From contig JASKLF010000002.1 of assembly GCA_030153785.1 (NCBI GenBank), forward strand, positions 118,683 through 182,682: a stretch of DNA of 64,000 nucleotides. The letters run 5' to 3'. This stretch comes from a bacterium (GTDB lineage: Bacteria; Synergistota; GBS-1). The stretch's first letter is position 1; every line of letters begins with the position of its first letter. The translations under genes were made by a program, and so were the position numbers. Below, piece by piece: positions 1 to 8,922 of the stretch. The notes beneath the pieces were generated by a model. That model saw only the letters and a program-made list of their open reading frames with translations, did not search any database and had not been told where the DNA came from.

Positions 1-926
1 TTAAGCTTCCTCTTCTGAACCCTAAGCTCTTTAAAAAGAAGAAGCATAAAAGCTACAGTTGCTATAATGAATAAAAATGTTAAAACTGCATAAATCCCTA
101 TACCTGGCACAAAGCCAAATAGCGTATAAAAGGGATCGAAAGAAACAAAAGCCGTGTACCAGCTTTTAGAAAGAAGAGAAAATTTGTCAAAAAGGACAAA
201 TCCTTTTCTTTCCTCAAGGTTCACCGGAATGTAAGAATACCTTTCAGTCGATGGTAGCTCTACACCAAAAACTTCTTTAAACTTTTTGCCAACGATAAAA
301 GGCCTCTCGGGAGAAAAAACTATACTTCCATCCTGAGCATCGATAATGAGAAAATTCTTAACTCTAAACAAACGAGATCCTATATTCTTAGAATAGCTTA
401 TAATAAAAGCAACAGCCCCCAAGAAATTACCTTCCTCATCTTTCACAGGGTAAGCCAAAGTTAAACCAAGGTCACCCTCCGAAAGCGTAATCGAGTTTGA
501 AAAGAGGGCATCTTTAGAATTCAATACCTTTTCAAAAAACGCCCATGAACTTTTCGATTCCCTGAAACTGTAACCGTAAGGAGTGTGCTCTGGAGGGAAC
601 CCTTCTTTTAAAACGCCATTCCTATCTATCCACTGAACGGCAAGAACGCTCCCCTCCGACTCTTCATAAAAGGATTTAAGGAGGCTCCTTATATCAGCTA
701 AGCGAGGGTTCCTTTCCAGCTCCCTACCTAAGAGCCTTATTTTAGAAATGTTTTCCTCAAGGACGGTCCTAACCAAATGCGAGGCAGATAAAAGCCTTTC
801 ATATCCTTCCTGTAAGAAAAGATTCCTTACCTCCCGAGTAGCAGAATAGTGCATAAACAGCATTAAAGTCACAAGTCCAACAATGCTAATGATTAAGAGA
901 TTTCTGTAAAGCTTAAGCCTATCCAA
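1..926 (-). CDS. Membrane sensor protein, N-terminal part (TM - dCache-like domain - TM), runs off the window edge
   Basis: Not in the ORF track; translated by hand. TTG at 926 follows SD GGAGGAGGTG. Sequence: LDRLKLYRNLLIISIVGLVTLMLFMHY...LTLAYPVKDEEGNFLGAVAFII...FLIIDAQDGSIVFSP...GIYAVLTFLFIIATVAFMLLLFKELRVQKRKL, open to position 1. The output domain is outside the window. Confidence 0.8.
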   Translation of the reverse strand, partial: MDRLKLYRNLLIISIVGLVTLMLFMHYSATREVRNLFLQEGYERLLSASHLVRTVLEENISKIRLLGRELERNPRLADIRSLLKSFYEESEGSVLAVQWIDRNGVLKEGFPPEHTPYGYSFRESKSSWAFFEKVLNSKDALFSNSITLSEGDLGLTLAYPVKDEEGNFLGAVAFIISYSKNIGSRLFRVKNFLIIDAQDGSIVFSPERPFIVGKKFKEVFGVELPSTERYSYIPVNLEERKGFVLFDKFSLLSKSWYTAFVSFDPFYTLFGFVPGIGIYAVLTFLFIIATVAFMLLLFKELRVQKRKL

Positions 927-950
927 CCATTCACCTCCTCCTTAAGAAAG

Positions 951-976
951 ATTATATCACCTATCTATGATATAAT
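951..976. promoter_or_regulatory. Back-to-back extended -10 promoters (TGATATAAT on both strands)
   Basis: ATTATATCA (951-959) and TGATATAAT (968-976) form a perfect 9-bp inverted repeat in the divergent gap between the sensor gene and guaA. Confidence 0.65.
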
Positions 977-1019
977 AAAGAAAAACAAGGAAAAATCAAG
1001 AAAGGGAGAGTAGAGAAAA

Positions 1020-2543
1020 ATGATAGCTATCTTAGACTTTGGTTCGCAATACACAAAGCTGATTGCAAGAAGAATAAGAGAACTCGGCGTTTATTCTGAA
1101 ATATTTCCTTGGGATACACCCATTCCCAAACTGTTAGAGAGAAAACCCTCGGGAATAATATTTTCGGGAGGTCCCGCAAGTGTACTTCAAAAGGATGCTC
1201 CTGCCCCAGACCCGAAGATTTTAGAAACAGGTATACCAATACTCGCCATATGCTACGGAATGCAAATTATAACAAAACTCCTTGGAGGAACGGTTAGCTC
1301 TGGAAAAGAAAGAGAATATGGAAGAACGGAAATGAAAATCTTGATGGAATCTCCTCTTTTTAAGAATCTGCCACAAGTAAGCCTCGTATGGATGAGCCAT
1401 GGAGATAGCGTTACCACTCCACCGCCAGGATTTCTAATTACCGCAGAGGGTGAAAAAACTAAGATAGCTGCTATGGAAGACCCGCAAAGAAAAATATACT
1501 GTCTTCAATTCCATCCAGAAGTAGTTCACACGGATTACGGAATGAAAATTCTGGACAACTTCTTGACAGAAATATGCAAAGTCACGAAAACCTGGAATAT
1601 GGAAAATTTCCTTAAGAAGATAAGGGAGGAAATAGACAAGAAGGTTGGAAGTGAAAGGGTGCTGTGTGCTTTAAGTGGTGGAGTAGATTCTACTGTGGCA
1701 GCCACGTTAGTCAAAGAAGTGATAGGAGATAGATTGGTAGCCGTATTTGTAAACAACGGATTGCTAAGAGAGGGAGAGGCAGAGGAAGTTAAGAGCTTCT
1801 TTGAAGAAAGAAACTTCAACCTAATATATGTAGATGCAAGCGAAAGTTTTTTAAACAGGCTTAAGGGAATTACTGACCCAGAGGAAAAAAGAAAAATAAT
1901 AGGACACGAATTTATTCGAGTATTTGAAGAAGTAGCCTCTAAGCAGGGAAAAATAAAGTTCTTACTTCAAGGCACATTATATCCCGATGTAATAGAAAGT
2001 GGGAGCGGAGGGAAGGGAGCAGCAAAGATTAAAAGCCACCATAACGTGGGAGGACTACCCACAAAGCTTAACTTCGAGCTTTTAGAACCTTTAAAAGAAC
2101 TCTTTAAAGATGAAGTTAGAAAGTTAGGAAAACTTCTGGGGATACCAGAGCAGGTTATAAAGAGACATCCATTCCCAGGACCAGGCTTGGCTGTGAGAAT
2201 CATTGGAGAGATAACACGAGAAAAGCTTAACATATTGAGAAAAGCTGACAAAATAGTTCAAGAAGAGTTTAGAAAGAGCGGGTGGTATGATAAGGTGTGG
2301 CAAGCTTTTGCCGTTTTACTTCCAACCAAAAGCGTTGGAGTAATGGGAGATGAAAGAAGTTACGGATATACAATAGTTCTACGAGCTGTTCATAGCGAAG
2401 ATGGAATGACGGCTGATTGGGCAAAACTCCCATATGAATTGCTCGAAAAGATCTCCAATAGGATAACTCGTGAAGTTGATGAAATAAATAGAGTAGTATA
2501 CGATATAACATCTAAACCTCCGGCAACGATAGAATGGGAGTAA
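1020..2543 (+). CDS. guaA: GMP synthase (glutamine-hydrolysing)
   Basis: [62 protein letters not shown]. Confidence 0.99.
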   Translation: MIAILDFGSQYTKLIARRIRELGVYSEIFPWDTPIPKLLERKPSGIIFSGGPASVLQKDAPAPDPKILETGIPILAICYGMQIITKLLGGTVSSGKEREYGRTEMKILMESPLFKNLPQVSLVWMSHGDSVTTPPPGFLITAEGEKTKIAAMEDPQRKIYCLQFHPEVVHTDYGMKILDNFLTEICKVTKTWNMENFLKKIREEIDKKVGSERVLCALSGGVDSTVAATLVKEVIGDRLVAVFVNNGLLREGEAEEVKSFFEERNFNLIYVDASESFLNRLKGITDPEEKRKIIGHEFIRVFEEVASKQGKIKFLLQGTLYPDVIESGSGGKGAAKIKSHHNVGGLPTKLNFELLEPLKELFKDEVRKLGKLLGIPEQVIKRHPFPGPGLAVRIIGEITREKLNILRKADKIVQEEFRKSGWYDKVWQAFAVLLPTKSVGVMGDERSYGYTIVLRAVHSEDGMTADWAKLPYELLEKISNRITREVDEINRVVYDITSKPPATIEWE

Positions 2544-2547
2544 AAAG

Positions 2548-4635
2548 ATGAGAGAACTAAAAGACAAAATATTAAATGCCTTAATAAAGGCTTCGAAACC
2601 TATAAAACCCGAGCTTCTGCCAAACGTTGGAGCGAACATAAAGGATATAAAAAAAGCCGTTGAAGAACTTGAAAAAGAAGGTAAGGTCTTCATAGACTCA
2701 AGGGGTAGAGCCACTTTAGCATCAAAACTTAAGCTCCTTGCGGGAAGAATAAAAGTCCACCCTCGAGGATTTGCATTCTTCAAAACGGAAAGTGGTGAAG
2801 AGGTCTTCATACCACCAAGCCAGCTAAACGGGGCAATGAACGGTGATAAGGTCTTCATCAAGGTAAAACAAGAAAAAAGACGAGGAAAGTATGGAGAAGT
2901 AATTAAAGTCATAGAAAGAGCTAAAACAAAACTGGTGGGCAGACTCCAAATTTATCCCGCTTTCGCCTTATTCATTCCCGATGATCCTTCTATAAGAGAC
3001 CCAGTCTTAATTCCAAAGAAAAACCTTTTAGAAGGAGCAGAGAACGATGATAAGGTCCTTATAGAACTCACTTCCTTCCCTATGGGAAGTCAAGGCGCTA
3101 TTGGCAAACTGGTCAAGGTGCTTGGCAAAGCTGGAGAAACAGAAACAGAGGTTTTAAGTATCCTTCTTTCTTATGATGTTCCCCTTGAGTTTCCAGAAGA
3201 AGTGGAAAAGGAGAGCGAGGAAATAGAAGAATACATAACAGAAGAAGAAAAAAGAAAGAGACTTGACCTTAGAGAAAAAACAATCGTAACAATAGATGGA
3301 GAAGACGCAAGAGATTTTGATGATGCAGTCTCGGTAGAATTAGACGAAAACGGTAATTATATTCTCGGCGTTCATATAGCGGATGTAGGACATTATGTCA
3401 AAGAGGGTAGCGAATTAGACAAGGAAGCTTTCAAGAGAGGCTGTAGTGTGTATATAACCGACAGAGTAATACCAATGCTTCCATTTAAGCTATCTAACAA
3501 GATTTGTAGCCTTGTAGAAGGAGAAGATAGGCTAACCTTCAGCGTAATAATAAAAATAGATGGGCTCGGAAATGTTCTTGAATACGATATCAGAAAAAGC
3601 ATTATAAGGTCTAAAGCCCGATTAACCTACGAAGGAGTTAACGCCTTTTTCGAAGGTAAAGAAGAAGAACCATACAAAAGCCTTAAAAGGGAACTCTACT
3701 TGATGCGAGAACTTGCTACAATTTTGCGCAACAAGAGAATTTCGAGAGGCGCTCTTGACTTTGATTTTAAGGAAACAAAGATACTATTAGATGAAAATGG
3801 CAACGTTAAAGATATAATAAGTTACAAAAGAGGCATAGGCGAGAGAATAATAGAAGAATTTATGATCTTAGCGAACGAGTGTATCGCAGAGTTTGCCTCC
3901 CATAGATTGCTTCCATTTATATATAGAGTTCATGAACCCCCCGACCCTGCCAAGATACGCGAACTCTCAAGCGTGGTTAAACTATTTGGTTACAAACTTA
4001 AAATAAGAGGAGAAATAAAACCTAAACACCTTCAAGCGCTACTTGAAGAAATAAAAGACAAACCGGAAGAAAAGATTATCTCTACATTACTTTTAAGGTC
4101 CTTGGCAAGGGCGCGGTATGATGTAGAAAACCTGGGACACTTTGGATTGGCCTCGAGATGTTATACTCATTTCACATCGCCCATAAGAAGATATCCCGAC
4201 TTAGTTATTCACAGGATATTAGCTGAATTTCTTGAAAAAGGATACATTCCCCCTGAAAGGGAGAAAGAGCTTTCAAACTGGCTAATAGAAGCAGCAGTTA
4301 ACTCCACGAGGAGAGAACTTTTAGCAGACGAAGTAGAGGAAGAAGAAAAGAAATTCAGGAAATGCCTCTATATGAAGGAAAGATTAGGAGACATATTCGA
4401 GGGAGTGATAAGCGGAGTTATCCCACAGGGAATATTTGTGGAACTTGATAACGGGGTTGAAGGATTTGTTCCCTTAGACTTGATGCCACGTGATAGATAT
4501 ATAGTATCAGAAGAAAACTTCATGGTAATAGGAGCGAGAGCTAAAAGAATCTATAGAATTGGCGATAAGGTAAACGTCCAGGTTGTGAAATCTGACCCAT
4601 TAACAAGGAAAATAGACTTCTTACTTGTAGAGTAG
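2548..4635 (+). CDS. rnr: Ribonuclease R
   Basis: Cold-shock domains (HPRGFAF, AMNGDKV), RNB motif TIDGEDARDFDDA, YTHFTSPIRRYPDL, C-terminal S1. Confidence 0.97.
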   Translation: MRELKDKILNALIKASKPIKPELLPNVGANIKDIKKAVEELEKEGKVFIDSRGRATLASKLKLLAGRIKVHPRGFAFFKTESGEEVFIPPSQLNGAMNGDKVFIKVKQEKRRGKYGEVIKVIERAKTKLVGRLQIYPAFALFIPDDPSIRDPVLIPKKNLLEGAENDDKVLIELTSFPMGSQGAIGKLVKVLGKAGETETEVLSILLSYDVPLEFPEEVEKESEEIEEYITEEEKRKRLDLREKTIVTIDGEDARDFDDAVSVELDENGNYILGVHIADVGHYVKEGSELDKEAFKRGCSVYITDRVIPMLPFKLSNKICSLVEGEDRLTFSVIIKIDGLGNVLEYDIRKSIIRSKARLTYEGVNAFFEGKEEEPYKSLKRELYLMRELATILRNKRISRGALDFDFKETKILLDENGNVKDIISYKRGIGERIIEEFMILANECIAEFASHRLLPFIYRVHEPPDPAKIRELSSVVKLFGYKLKIRGEIKPKHLQALLEEIKDKPEEKIISTLLLRSLARARYDVENLGHFGLASRCYTHFTSPIRRYPDLVIHRILAEFLEKGYIPPEREKELSNWLIEAAVNSTRRELLADEVEEEEKKFRKCLYMKERLGDIFEGVISGVIPQGIFVELDNGVEGFVPLDLMPRDRYIVSEENFMVIGARAKRIYRIGDKVNVQVVKSDPLTRKIDFLLVE

Positions 4636-5724
4636 GCTTTTAGAAAGATCATCAAGGACTTCCGCTATAAAGATGTCGGTAGAAGATAGATCTAATTCGT
4701 AAGGCTCTTCCTCTCTCCCAAATCTATCGTACAAAACCTTAACAACAGGACGAATGGGAGAAACAGGGTTAATCTTGCTGACTACTCCTATCTTTCCATC
4801 ACTTAACCTAACGATGCTACCCAAAGGATATATTCCAAACCTCGTGATGAATTTACTTAAAATTTTGGGGTCAAAATGAACTGCTCCTTCGTGAAGCATC
4901 TTACTAACCGCTTCATAAGAAAGCATCTTAGATTTGTATGGTCTATCCGTAGTCAACGCATCAAAAACATCAACCACGGAGATTATCCTCGCCATAAAGC
5001 TTATACTACCATCGCTAAGTCCTCGAGGATAGCCTCTTCCCGAAAACCACTCATGATGCTGAGATATTATGGAAATCACATCTTCATTATCTTCCCCGGA
5101 GGATATCGCCAACTCTACTCCATATACAGGATGCTTTTTTATTTCTTCAAATTCCTCAGGAGTTAGAGGACCGGGCTTATTAATTATGCTTGCCGGAATT
5201 TTAAGTTTGCCTAAATCATGAAGTAATGCTCCCTTTGCTATTAGCCGAAGCTCATCTTTGCTGTAGCTAAACTCTAAGGCAAACAAAGTAGCAAGCATGG
5301 CCACATTTACCGAATGAACAAAGGTATAATCATCATGCCTTTTAAGGGCATACAAACTGAAAACCACTTCACCTTTTTCTACAATCTCGTTCACTATTCC
5401 ATCTACAGCTTCATCTACCTGCTTTATATCAATCCTACCAAGTGAAGCTACCCTCTTAACCGCATCGAGAGCCCTCTTCCTTGTTTCCTCACTTATGACA
5501 GGAAAAAGAGAATAAGCCTTCTCTCTTATATTAACTATTGAAGGAACGCTTATCTCTTCCTCATCGGCTTCTACGACTACACTCTCAATTTCAAACTCCA
5601 TAAGCTTTAGCTTTAACCTTTCACAATCTATTTCATCCCTAATTCTCCAACCTTGAGGAACAAGTAAAACCTTACTTTTTCCTGGAGAAAATACACCTGC
5701 CCCTATTACATCTCCAGGCTTCAA
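4621..5724 (-). CDS. HD-GYP domain cyclic-di-nucleotide phosphodiesterase (true start probably upstream, see findings)
   Basis: YTFVHSVNVA, LLHDLGK, HHEWFSGRGYPRGL, VDVFDALTTDRPYK, C-terminal YPLGSIVRLSDG. Confidence 0.93.
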   Translation of the reverse strand: MKPGDVIGAGVFSPGKSKVLLVPQGWRIRDEIDCERLKLKLMEFEIESVVVEADEEEISVPSIVNIREKAYSLFPVISEETRKRALDAVKRVASLGRIDIKQVDEAVDGIVNEIVEKGEVVFSLYALKRHDDYTFVHSVNVAMLATLFALEFSYSKDELRLIAKGALLHDLGKLKIPASIINKPGPLTPEEFEEIKKHPVYGVELAISSGEDNEDVISIISQHHEWFSGRGYPRGLSDGSISFMARIISVVDVFDALTTDRPYKSKMLSYEAVSKMLHEGAVHFDPKILSKFITRFGIYPLGSIVRLSDGKIGVVSKINPVSPIRPVVKVLYDRFGREEEPYELDLSSTDIFIAEVLDDLSKSLLYK

Positions 5725-5790
5725 ATCAAAGACATACTTTTTCAGTTTTATCCCAAAGATATTTTTTCCTCCCCTCAGAAAGCTAACGGT

Positions 5791-6255
5791 CTAAGAAGAG
5801 TAATCCAAAGTCTTAAGTTCTTCCTTTTCCTTCTCCGTTAATATCTTTTCTATGTTCAAGAGAATTATTAACCGCTTGTCTATTTTACCAACTCCCTCTA
5901 TGTAAGTAGCCTCAATTCCCGCAACAATAGGAGGTGGAGGCTCTACATTTTCCCTGGGTATCCTTATAATCTCCGAAACGCTATCAACAACTATCCCGAC
6001 AATTTGCTTTCCTACATTAACCACTATAACCCTCTTCTCTTTTTCAGAAACATCTCCACCTTCTAAATTAAATCTCTTTTTAAGGTCTACTATAGGAATT
6101 ATATTACCTCTAAGGTTGACTATTCCTTCAACGAAAGCAGGTGCCTGGGGAATATGAGTTACTTCTTGCACTCTAACTATCTCCTGCACCTTCGCTATAT
6201 CAACACCGTATTCCTCCTTACCAAGCCTAAAGACAACCAGTTGTAATTCCTCCAT
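5791..6255 (-). CDS. cheW: Chemotaxis coupling protein CheW
   Basis: LVVFRLGKEEYGVDIAKVQEI, GIVNLRGNIIPIVDLKKRF, GIVVDSVSEI. Confidence 0.96.
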   Translation of the reverse strand: MEELQLVVFRLGKEEYGVDIAKVQEIVRVQEVTHIPQAPAFVEGIVNLRGNIIPIVDLKKRFNLEGGDVSEKEKRVIVVNVGKQIVGIVVDSVSEIIRIPRENVEPPPPIVAGIEATYIEGVGKIDKRLIILLNIEKILTEKEKEELKTLDYSS

Positions 6256-6286
6256 CTTCTCTTCCTCCTTATAAAAGTTTTAAACA

Positions 6287-6320
6287 ATTATATTATAGCA
6301 TGCCAATCATCTCAAGTAAA
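6287..6320 (-). promoter_or_regulatory. Putative internal promoter for cheW-HD-GYP
   Basis: On the minus strand, TGCTATAAT (6300-6292) overlaps the kinase-helicase stop codon. A second TATAAT at 6292-6287 has TTGAGA 17 bp upstream. Confidence 0.5.
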
Positions 6321-8905
6321 AAACGAGAAGGCTCTACCCATCTATTTTCTACTTTCTTCGGATAAGAAAGATAGACTAACTCTGTGGCTCTTGTTAAAGC
6401 AACAAAGAGAAGCCTTCTTTCTTCTTCCAGCTCCTCCACCCTTGCTAAACTCGAGAGACTTGGAACATTTCCATCGTAAAGACCTGTTATAAAAACGGCA
6501 TCAAACTCCAAGCCCTTCGCAGAATGGAAAGTTAGAAGATTAAGCATATCCCCTTTTCTACCAACTCCCATCTCCTCCATAAGCGATACATGATTTAGAA
6601 AATCCCTTAGATCCGCTTCTCCGAAGGAAGATGCAAGTTTTAGAAGCTCAAGAAAACCATCTTTATAAGCTCTCCAATTTTTACCCCTCTTCTTAAAAAC
6701 ATTTGCTATCTCTAAAGGTATCCTTATTATCTCCTCCACAGTGAGACTAAGGCCTTCACAAAGGAGTTCTTTCAAAAACCCGATAAGCTTTTCAGCCTTA
6801 TCTCTGTTAGCAAACTTCCCCTCCTCAAGGCAAAGCCCATCTTGTGAAACCCTAAACACCTTCTTTTTTGAACCGAGAATCCAAGAAAAGAACTCGCTTA
6901 TAGAAGAGAAATCTCGCTCCAGAATTCCTCTAAGATACTCCAGCGTCTTTCTAACTTCCTCTCTCTCATAAAATCCCGAACCACCTATAATTCTATAAGG
7001 CAACCCAGCCTTCGCCAAAGATTCCTCAAATGCTCTTGACTGATGATTAAATCTATAAAGAATTCCTATCGAAGAAAGCTTCTTATGGCGAGCAAGTTCT
7101 TTAATGGACTGAACAACAAATCTCGCTTCGTCTACTTCATTTTTAGCTATATAAAGTTCGACCTTACCTTCCCCTTTTAGACTTACAATGTTAGACAAAT
7201 CAACGCCCGATTTAACCATCAAAGAGGCAGCAAGACCCAACACCCTCTTAGGTAACCTAAAGCTATGGGTAAGCTCATACCTTTTAAGGCTTAACTCCTT
7301 TTCGGCTCTCTCTATTATGTCTGGCATCGCTCCTCTCCATCTATATATCGATTGAACGCTATCTCCTGTCAGGAAAAGTTCCCCATCCTCAGAGCTAAGA
7401 AGTTTTACAAAGCGATACTGAGCCTCATTCAAATCCTGAAGCTCGTCAACAAAGATGAACTTAAAACGACCAGAATAAACTTCTCTCAAATCATCTTCTT
7501 CTAAAAGTTTAACCCCATAATACAGGAGATCATCGAAATCCATAAGGTTCCTCTTCCTCTTTAACTCAGATAACCTATAATAAATCTCCGCCACCTTTTT
7601 ATGCCAAGAGAATCTGGCAGAAACCAAAGCCTGTTCAGGAGAAACGAGCCTAACTCTAAGCGCCGAAATTTCATTTAACACCCTGTTTATAAGAGAAGGT
7701 TCGAGCTTTTCAGAGACCTCTTTAAGAAGCGGTGTCGAATCGCTAATTAAAGAAAAGTCCTCTGAAAATCCTATTCTGTCTGCCTCTCTTCTTAGTATTT
7801 TATAGATAGCGCCATGAAAAGTCTCTATCCATATATCCTTAGTATCTATACCCAATAGATACGAAAGCCTCTCCCTTAAATCCGAAGCTGCCCTACGCGT
7901 AAAAGCTAATACCAAAAACAGGTAAGGGTTCTCTCCATTGCGGATTTTTCTATACAATCGATGAAGAAGCGTTGTAGTTTTACCCGTTCCCGCTCCTCCA
8001 AGGAGAAGTATCCTCTTTTCAGGGGAAAAAACAACCTCGTGTTGAGAAGGTGTGAGTTGAAGTTCATTAGAAAAAACAGAACTCCTACTTGTTTCTTTAA
8101 GCTCGATAGTCCTATCCAATTTAAGAGCCTTTAACAAGTCTTCCTTAAAAGAGGAAACATCGATATATCTATGCTCCGGCCTTTTAGACAAGGCTTTAGC
8201 TAATACATCACTCAACTCTTGAGGATAAGAGGGAAGATAGAATTTCAACGGCTTGGGATCAACCTCAAAAACCTTTCTTCTTATGTCCTCAAGCGTATCT
8301 CCATCAAAGGGGTTTTTGCCCGTAAGAGACTCGTAGATAACAACAGCAATAGAATAGACATCACTCGATGGAAGGTAAATTCCATTCCAACTTTCGGGAG
8401 GCATGTAAACCGGGGTGCCCGCAACTGTGGCTTTGATGCTGCCACCTTTCAAGAAGACTCCTAACCCAAAGTCTACAAGCTTAACGATACCTTCGTTAGA
8501 TATAAGAATGTTTTCGGGCTTGATATCTCTATGAATTACACCCCTCGAATGCGCATATTGAAGGGCATCCAAAACTGGCAAAAATATCTGTGGAACATCC
8601 TCAAGCTTAATTCTCCCCTTTTCCAACAAATCTCGTAAAGATTTGCCCTCCACATACTCAATAACGAGGACCAATCTGCCATCTATTATGTCGAGATTAT
8701 AAAAGCGAGCTATGTTAGGGTGGTCTAACGAAGCCAAAATCTGAGCTTCACCCTTCAATATCTTAACGTCCTTCTCCTTCAGTTTTGAGACTTTTATAGC
8801 AAACTTCTTACCAATCAGAGTATCTTCTGCAAGGTACACATCTCCGAAAGCGCCGCCGCCAAGCCAGTTAATTATTTTATACTTACCAAGCTTTGTGATT
8901 AACAA
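6293..8905 (-). CDS. Fusion of a Hanks-type Ser/Thr protein kinase and a UvrD/PcrA-like SF1A helicase
   Basis: Kinase motifs: GGGAFGDV, FAIK, HRDIKPEN, DFG, GTPVYMPPE, SDVYS. Helicase motifs: LTPSQ, GGAGTGKT, LAFTRRAA, TFHG, DELQD, GDSVQSIYRWRGA, TFHSAKGLEF, EERRLLFVALTRA. TTG start after GGAGGA. Confidence 0.93.
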   Translation of the reverse strand: MLITKLGKYKIINWLGGGAFGDVYLAEDTLIGKKFAIKVSKLKEKDVKILKGEAQILASLDHPNIARFYNLDIIDGRLVLVIEYVEGKSLRDLLEKGRIKLEDVPQIFLPVLDALQYAHSRGVIHRDIKPENILISNEGIVKLVDFGLGVFLKGGSIKATVAGTPVYMPPESWNGIYLPSSDVYSIAVVIYESLTGKNPFDGDTLEDIRRKVFEVDPKPLKFYLPSYPQELSDVLAKALSKRPEHRYIDVSSFKEDLLKALKLDRTIELKETSRSSVFSNELQLTPSQHEVVFSPEKRILLLGGAGTGKTTTLLHRLYRKIRNGENPYLFLVLAFTRRAASDLRERLSYLLGIDTKDIWIETFHGAIYKILRREADRIGFSEDFSLISDSTPLLKEVSEKLEPSLINRVLNEISALRVRLVSPEQALVSARFSWHKKVAEIYYRLSELKRKRNLMDFDDLLYYGVKLLEEDDLREVYSGRFKFIFVDELQDLNEAQYRFVKLLSSEDGELFLTGDSVQSIYRWRGAMPDIIERAEKELSLKRYELTHSFRLPKRVLGLAASLMVKSGVDLSNIVSLKGEGKVELYIAKNEVDEARFVVQSIKELARHKKLSSIGILYRFNHQSRAFEESLAKAGLPYRIIGGSGFYEREEVRKTLEYLRGILERDFSSISEFFSWILGSKKKVFRVSQDGLCLEEGKFANRDKAEKLIGFLKELLCEGLSLTVEEIIRIPLEIANVFKKRGKNWRAYKDGFLELLKLASSFGEADLRDFLNHVSLMEEMGVGRKGDMLNLLTFHSAKGLEFDAVFITGLYDGNVPSLSSLARVEELEEERRLLFVALTRATELVYLSYPKKVENRWVEPSRFLLEMIGML

Positions 8906-8922
8906 CTAATGATGTCCTCCTC

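Noticed and set aside
2379..2912. 177-aa minus-strand ORF across guaA/rnr
   Set aside because: Antisense shadow of two well-supported genes
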